From Plasmodiophora brassicae (lineage: Eukaryota): a stretch of DNA of 64,000 bases. The translations under genes and the position numbers were made by a program. Below, in pieces: positions 59,307-64,000 of this stretch (its first letter is position 1; each line of letters opens with the position of its first letter). The stretch is from NCBI GenBank assembly GCA_036867785.1, contig CP145412.1, forward strand, positions 1,302,001 through 1,366,000. Reading direction: 5' to 3'. The notes under the pieces are model-generated. The model worked only from the letters and a program-made list of their open reading frames with translations, ran no database searches and had not been told where the DNA came from.

Positions 59307-60965
59307 ATGAGCTATGCGCACGCCGTTGCCTGGCTTGCCGACGACGGCGGCGACGACGACGACCGCAAGGCGCCGCTCGTCGACGACGACCCGGAGCGCG
59401 GTCTGCTGCTGGAATCGGATCAGGAGAAGGACGGCGAACCGAGTCGTGATGTCCCGAAACGCGTCCTGTCGATCGGGCGTCTTGTGTTCCTTGCGTTCTT
59501 CCTGACGTGCGGCGGGCCATTCGGCCTCGAAACGGTCTGACAAATACGCCGCCGGCCTCTATTGCTCATCCCATTTACACGTGCGACCAGGCGGTGGAGG
59601 TTGGTGGTGTCGGCCTCGTTATTATTGGTCTTCTAGTCCTGCCCGTCATCTGGTCTATCCCGCAATCGCTGATGACGGCTGAGCTAGCAACCATGATGTC
59701 TGTCAACGGAGGGTACCGCTCTGCTGTCGCCGACGCCTGTCCTGCTGATTTCTGACTCGCTGTGCTCGAAGTCCACTGGTGTGGGTGTGGCGGGGCCTGG
59801 GGGAACTACCCGGCGTAATCAACGCGGCGAACGGTCTAGCGACGAGCGTGATCGACATCAGCGTCTACCCAGACTTGATCGTGGCCTACCTGCCGATAAC
59901 GCTGTCCCCTCTCGCAAGATACCTGGGAAAGGTCGGTATCCTGGCCCTCGTCACCGTCATCAACATCCTGGGCCTGGAAGTCGTCTCCGTCGTCTCTGGC
60001 GTTCTCGTGTTCATCAGCATGGGTGTGTTCGTTGTCGAAGTACCGTATGCAATTGCCGTCTGGGATGCGTCTAAATGGACGTCGGTGCCGACACCCATCG
60101 ACTGGGCCCTTCTGTTCTCCATTCTGCTGTGGGCCAACACCGGCTACGATTCGCTGGGGAACTTTGCAGGCGAAGTGGAACGCCCGACCCGTACGTACCC
60201 GCGGGCTATCGCCCTGACCCTTGTGGCGAATTCCTTCGCGTACATTGGCCCAATCGTCGTCGGCTACACGCTGCTGCCCGACGTTAAGCTCTGGGACGAC
60301 CGTGGGTTCCTTGAGGCCGCCGAGAAGACGACCTTTTGCATTGCAATCTGGATGACAGTCGCCGCGTCGTTGTCAAACGTGGGCAAGCTGAACGTCGGTA
60401 TCGCGACAACAGTAAGGAATCGTTCGGAATGCGCACGTTTGAGGCGTCGCGCTCAGCGGGATTCGTTCAGGCACGGCTAATGTGGGCGATGGGTGCCCGG
60501 ATTCAGGACGGGGGCGTGTCCATGCGAACGCTTCCGTCGGCGTTCGGCGTCCTGTCTCGACGGTTTGGCACCCCCGTTCGTGCGCTGCTCGTCCAGTTCC
60601 TTCTGGCATCGGTCATGTGCCGGTTCGACTTTGCCGCGCTCGTCCAGTTCGAGATGTTCCTCAACTGCGTCTGCTTGGGCCTTGAGTTCGCCGCGTTCCT
60701 CGTCCTCAGATACACCGAACCGCTGACACCGCGCCCGTACGTCGTCCCAGGCGGGCTCTGGGGCGCATGGGGCATCACCCTGTCGAAGAGCGCAATCCTC
60801 CTGTTCACGGTGGGCTCAATCATCTGGCTGAAGCCTGTCATCTTCGCCGGCGCCGTCCTCTTCAACGCCCTTGTCGTCGCCGTGTACTACTGGCAGCGTT
60901 TCCGCAAACGAAGAAGGCGGAAGCGTCATCAGAGGCAGAGGTCGCTGTCCCATTTCGGGGGATAA
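59307..60965 (+). CDS. APC-superfamily amino acid/polyamine transporter, paralog 2; multi-exon
   Basis: FFLTCGGPFGLE, AELATMMSVNGG, LLWANTGYDSLGNFAGEV, EFAAFLVLRYTEPLTPRPYVVP. Confidence 0.92.
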
Positions 60966-61174
60966 ATCTACGCATCCAAGCGCTGAATGATACACCTCGT
61001 GGTCGTTTCGTCGCAGTTGTGTCCAACAAGGAGGACCAGGTAGGAGGAATCCGTTTCCCAGCAGGGCAAGGCCCCGGGACCCGCTTCTGGTCACAGGAGC
61101 GACCACGTTTGCAAGGCGCGTAGCAATGCAACGGTCGTAGGACAGATGGCTTGCTGAGGGAGGCGAACGCTACC

Positions 61175-63296
61175 ATGGACGATGAGGACGATGAGAGCAC
61201 GGCGGCGCTGCTGGACGAGACGGGCACATCGGTTAGTCTGGGGGACAGCGAGCAGAACCCTGACGCGCCGGTCCCCGTCCGCGAATCGTCATCGTCGTTC
61301 GGTGCCCATCGTCGTTATATTCGCCCGGAACGGGACGCTTCCCCAGCATCGTCGCCACTGCCGCACGTCCCCATCGATCCCGATGCCGATATCATGCGCC
61401 GGAACCTGAACCTGGACCAGCAGCGCTGCTTCGCCAACGTCATCGCCTGCCTGCTGCCGAACGATCCAGACAACCTTCAGTTTTCCGCCGAGTTCTTCGA
61501 CGAACTGACCGAATACCTCGACCTGATCGAATACCGCCCATCGTTCCACCCGCTGCTGATGTCGAAGAACATCAACCCGAGGCCGTTCGCTGAGGTGCGT
61601 TCGCTGGCTGAGACAACCCGATCGATGCAGTGATCCCTGGCAGGACATGGAACTGTCGTCGACCGTGGAGAAGGCCCAGCTCCTCATCGACCTGCTGCTG
61701 TTCTTCACGTCGAGGTTCCAGACGTACGACGCCCGGCTGCGCATCGTGCTGGTCCAGCTAGCGGACCTGTTCCGCGTGTCGTGGCACTGGGTGGTCCAGG
61801 AGGAATCCGCCCTGATGCACATGCTCAAATCGGACGTCAGCGCCGCCGAGATCAGCAGCCCCAGGACGTCCAAGGCCAAGAAATGGGCCAAAGTGGGCGC
61901 CGCCGTCGCCATATCGTCGTCGCTGTTCGTCGTCACGGCCGGCCTAGCGGCACCCGCTCTGGGCGCTGGCATCGTCGCTCTGGGCGCCGGGTCAGGCGTC
62001 GGCGCGTTCATCGGGTATCACGGTCGCCCGATGTGTATATGTCTTGCTGACGTTCCTGGGCCAGGTCGACGGCAGGGACGGCGATCGTGTCCGGCTTGAT
62101 GGGTGCCACTGGTGGCGGGCTGGCCGGCTACAAGATGAACCGCCGCGTTCAGGACATACGCGAGTTTGCGTTCAGGCCGGTCGACGGCGCCGATCGTGAC
62201 CGGGATTCCATGCTGGTCACGATCTGTGTCACCGGTTGGTCACCAGGGGGGCACCCGCGTCCTGGGCGGGTCTGATGGATGCGCTCCCGCAGGCATCCTT
62301 GATGACAGCGTCGGGTACGACGAGCTATGGTGGCCGATGAAGGCGTTCATCCCCAGCGACTGCTACGTGCTCGAGTGGGAGACACAGGTCCTGAAAGACA
62401 CGGGCAACGGCCTGCGTAACTTCGCCAAGTATCAGGTGGGCCCGCGTGCCGCCTCAATGGGACGACGCGTTTGAACAAGAACGTCGTTCAGCTTGGGACG
62501 CAGCTGGCGCAGGAGGCGCTGCGACAGACGTTGATGATGGGTGTTATGACCGCGCTGGCGTGGCCGTCCGCGTTCATTTCGGCCAGCTATCTGATCGACA
62601 ACCCATGGTACGCCGACACGGCGTCGGCATGATACGTGTGGCGTCTGAGGGGGGACAACGGACAGGTCCCTGGCGGTATCTCGTGCGGATCAAGCTGGCA
62701 CATTGTTAGCCGACGCGTTGTGCGCCCGGGCACATGGCCTGCGGCCCGTCAGCCTCATCGGCTACAGCGGTACTTCAGACTGAACCGTCTGCCTCCCGTC
62801 GACATTTCGTCGTCATTAAGTGCCGTCCGACAGTCGGAGCGCGGGTCATCTATCGAGCGCTGATGGAAATGTCGACCCGGGGATTCGAGGCCCAAGGGAT
62901 CGTTCAGGATGCGTTCCTCCTCGGTACCGGGCCTAGACGCCAGGGTTATCGCGCGCGCTGACACGGGGTCGTCCCCAGGATGTCCTGAATCGGCCAAGCC
63001 CGCCAAATGGGAGCGCATGCAGAGCGTCGTTGCCGGTCGGCTTGTCAATGCGTACAGCAGATCCGACCTGGTAAACGCGCGCTGACGCATGCAGATCGGC
63101 CCCGCCAACCGCCCATGCACAGGTGCTGAAATTCCTGTTCCGCGCCGCGTCCCCCACGCTGCACGTGTGCGGCCTGGAGCCCGTGCAACTCGACACGGTG
63201 GAGAACATCGACCTAACCGCCATGATCGACGGCCACCATACCTACGTGACTGTCATGCCCGACCTGCTCGACGTCATACAATTCGCCTGTTGCTAA
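61175..63296 (+). CDS. TMCO4/DUF726 membrane-associated alpha/beta-hydrolase-like protein; multi-exon
   Basis: YDARLR, VTAGLAAP, GATGGGLAGYKMNRR..EFAF, VLEWETQVL, LIDNPW, RPVSLIGYS.GARVI, VAGRLVNAYS. Confidence 0.9.
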
Positions 63297-63531
63297 AACA
63301 TTCACGCCGATCGCACACCTTACCCTACACCCGCGTTTCACCTCGATGGGACACACCCGAACGCGTTTCGAGACCGGGGCGACGGCACGAGTCGCCCTTC
63401 AATGCAGTGGGCGACTGTGCCGGCGCGAGATTATAATTTTAGGCACAGCGGCGGCCTCGTGCCACAAAAATATCCGCCGCCGCCTGCCGCGTAAGCCGAA
63501 CGGCGGCCCGCGAACGCCTCCTCCAGCAACC

Positions 63532-64000
63532 ATGATGGGACTGTTCGCCAAGCGAAAGACGACGAAAGGTTGGCTGGCGTGGGGTCCGGGCGGTGGTGCC
63601 GCGGTTGCCTGATCGGCGTGGTTTGGCAGAGATCGTCCGGGAGCAGAAGCGGATGGTCGATAAGGCGATCCGTGGCCTGGAGCGGGAACGCCAGGGGATG
63701 GAGCGCCAGGAGAAGAAGCTGATTATGGAGATGAAGACGATGGCAAAGAAGGGCCAAGATGTGTGTATGCATTTTCAGTGACGTTTGGGGTGGGCGTCGA
63801 CGCTGACGCGGATGGCGCTGTAGAGTTCAGTTCGGATCATGGCGAAGGACTTGGTGCGAATTCGGAAGCACCAGGAGAAGTTCCTGAACATGTGTGCCCA
63901 GCTGCGTGCCATCAGCCTGCAGATGACGGAGGTGTCATCGACGGCGATGCTGGCCGAATCCATGTCGAAGGTGACGAAGAGCATGGGCGTCCTGAGCCAG
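63532..64000 (+). CDS. CHMP2: ESCRT-III CHMP2/Vps2 (Snf7 family), partial at the window end
   Basis: VREQKR..KAIRGLERER..MERQEKKLI.EMK.MAKKGQ..SVRIMAKDLVR. Confidence 0.92.

Noticed and set aside
1-64000. CRISPR arrays, rRNA or tRNA genes
   Set aside because: No spaced direct repeats or recognisable structural RNA signatures were seen. A covariance-model search was not possible.

Overview
Gene-dense eukaryotic DNA, not prokaryotic. It is GC-rich, most genes are split by short (~45-65 nt) GT-AG introns, and intergenic gaps are often under 200 bp. BBS1 implies a flagellated stage. The style resembles a phytomyxid such as Plasmodiophora brassicae; this is inference only. About 37 genes are supported, mostly by manual splicing and recognisable motifs. 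They include a giant DUF3638-type P-loop protein, ODR-4-like, Myb/SANT, sorbitol dehydrogenase, BioD-like ATPase, methyltransferase, ADAM protease, HSD17B4-like SDR, ELF1, eIF4E, HMG-CoA lyase, a class C GPCR-like receptor, MscL, an FHA-CHD-like-FYR protein, CTU1, NOG1, BBS1, HSP70, ZIP, eIF3i, two APC transporters, SPC24, NUP37, mL40, CobW, NFX1, TMCO4 and CHMP2. Most notable: (1) a ~2.5 kb two-gene Tc1/IS630-like DD34E element (21005-23493) with degenerate TIRs, subterminal hairpins, a transposase carrying two compensating frameshifts and a convergent unknown second ORF; (2) a six-exon bacterial-type MscL with a Cys4 tail that the ORF track misses; (3) a 7TM receptor fused to two tandem bacterial-like sugar-binding domains. 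All assignments are by eye, no database searches were run, and ends of spliced genes are approximate where stated.
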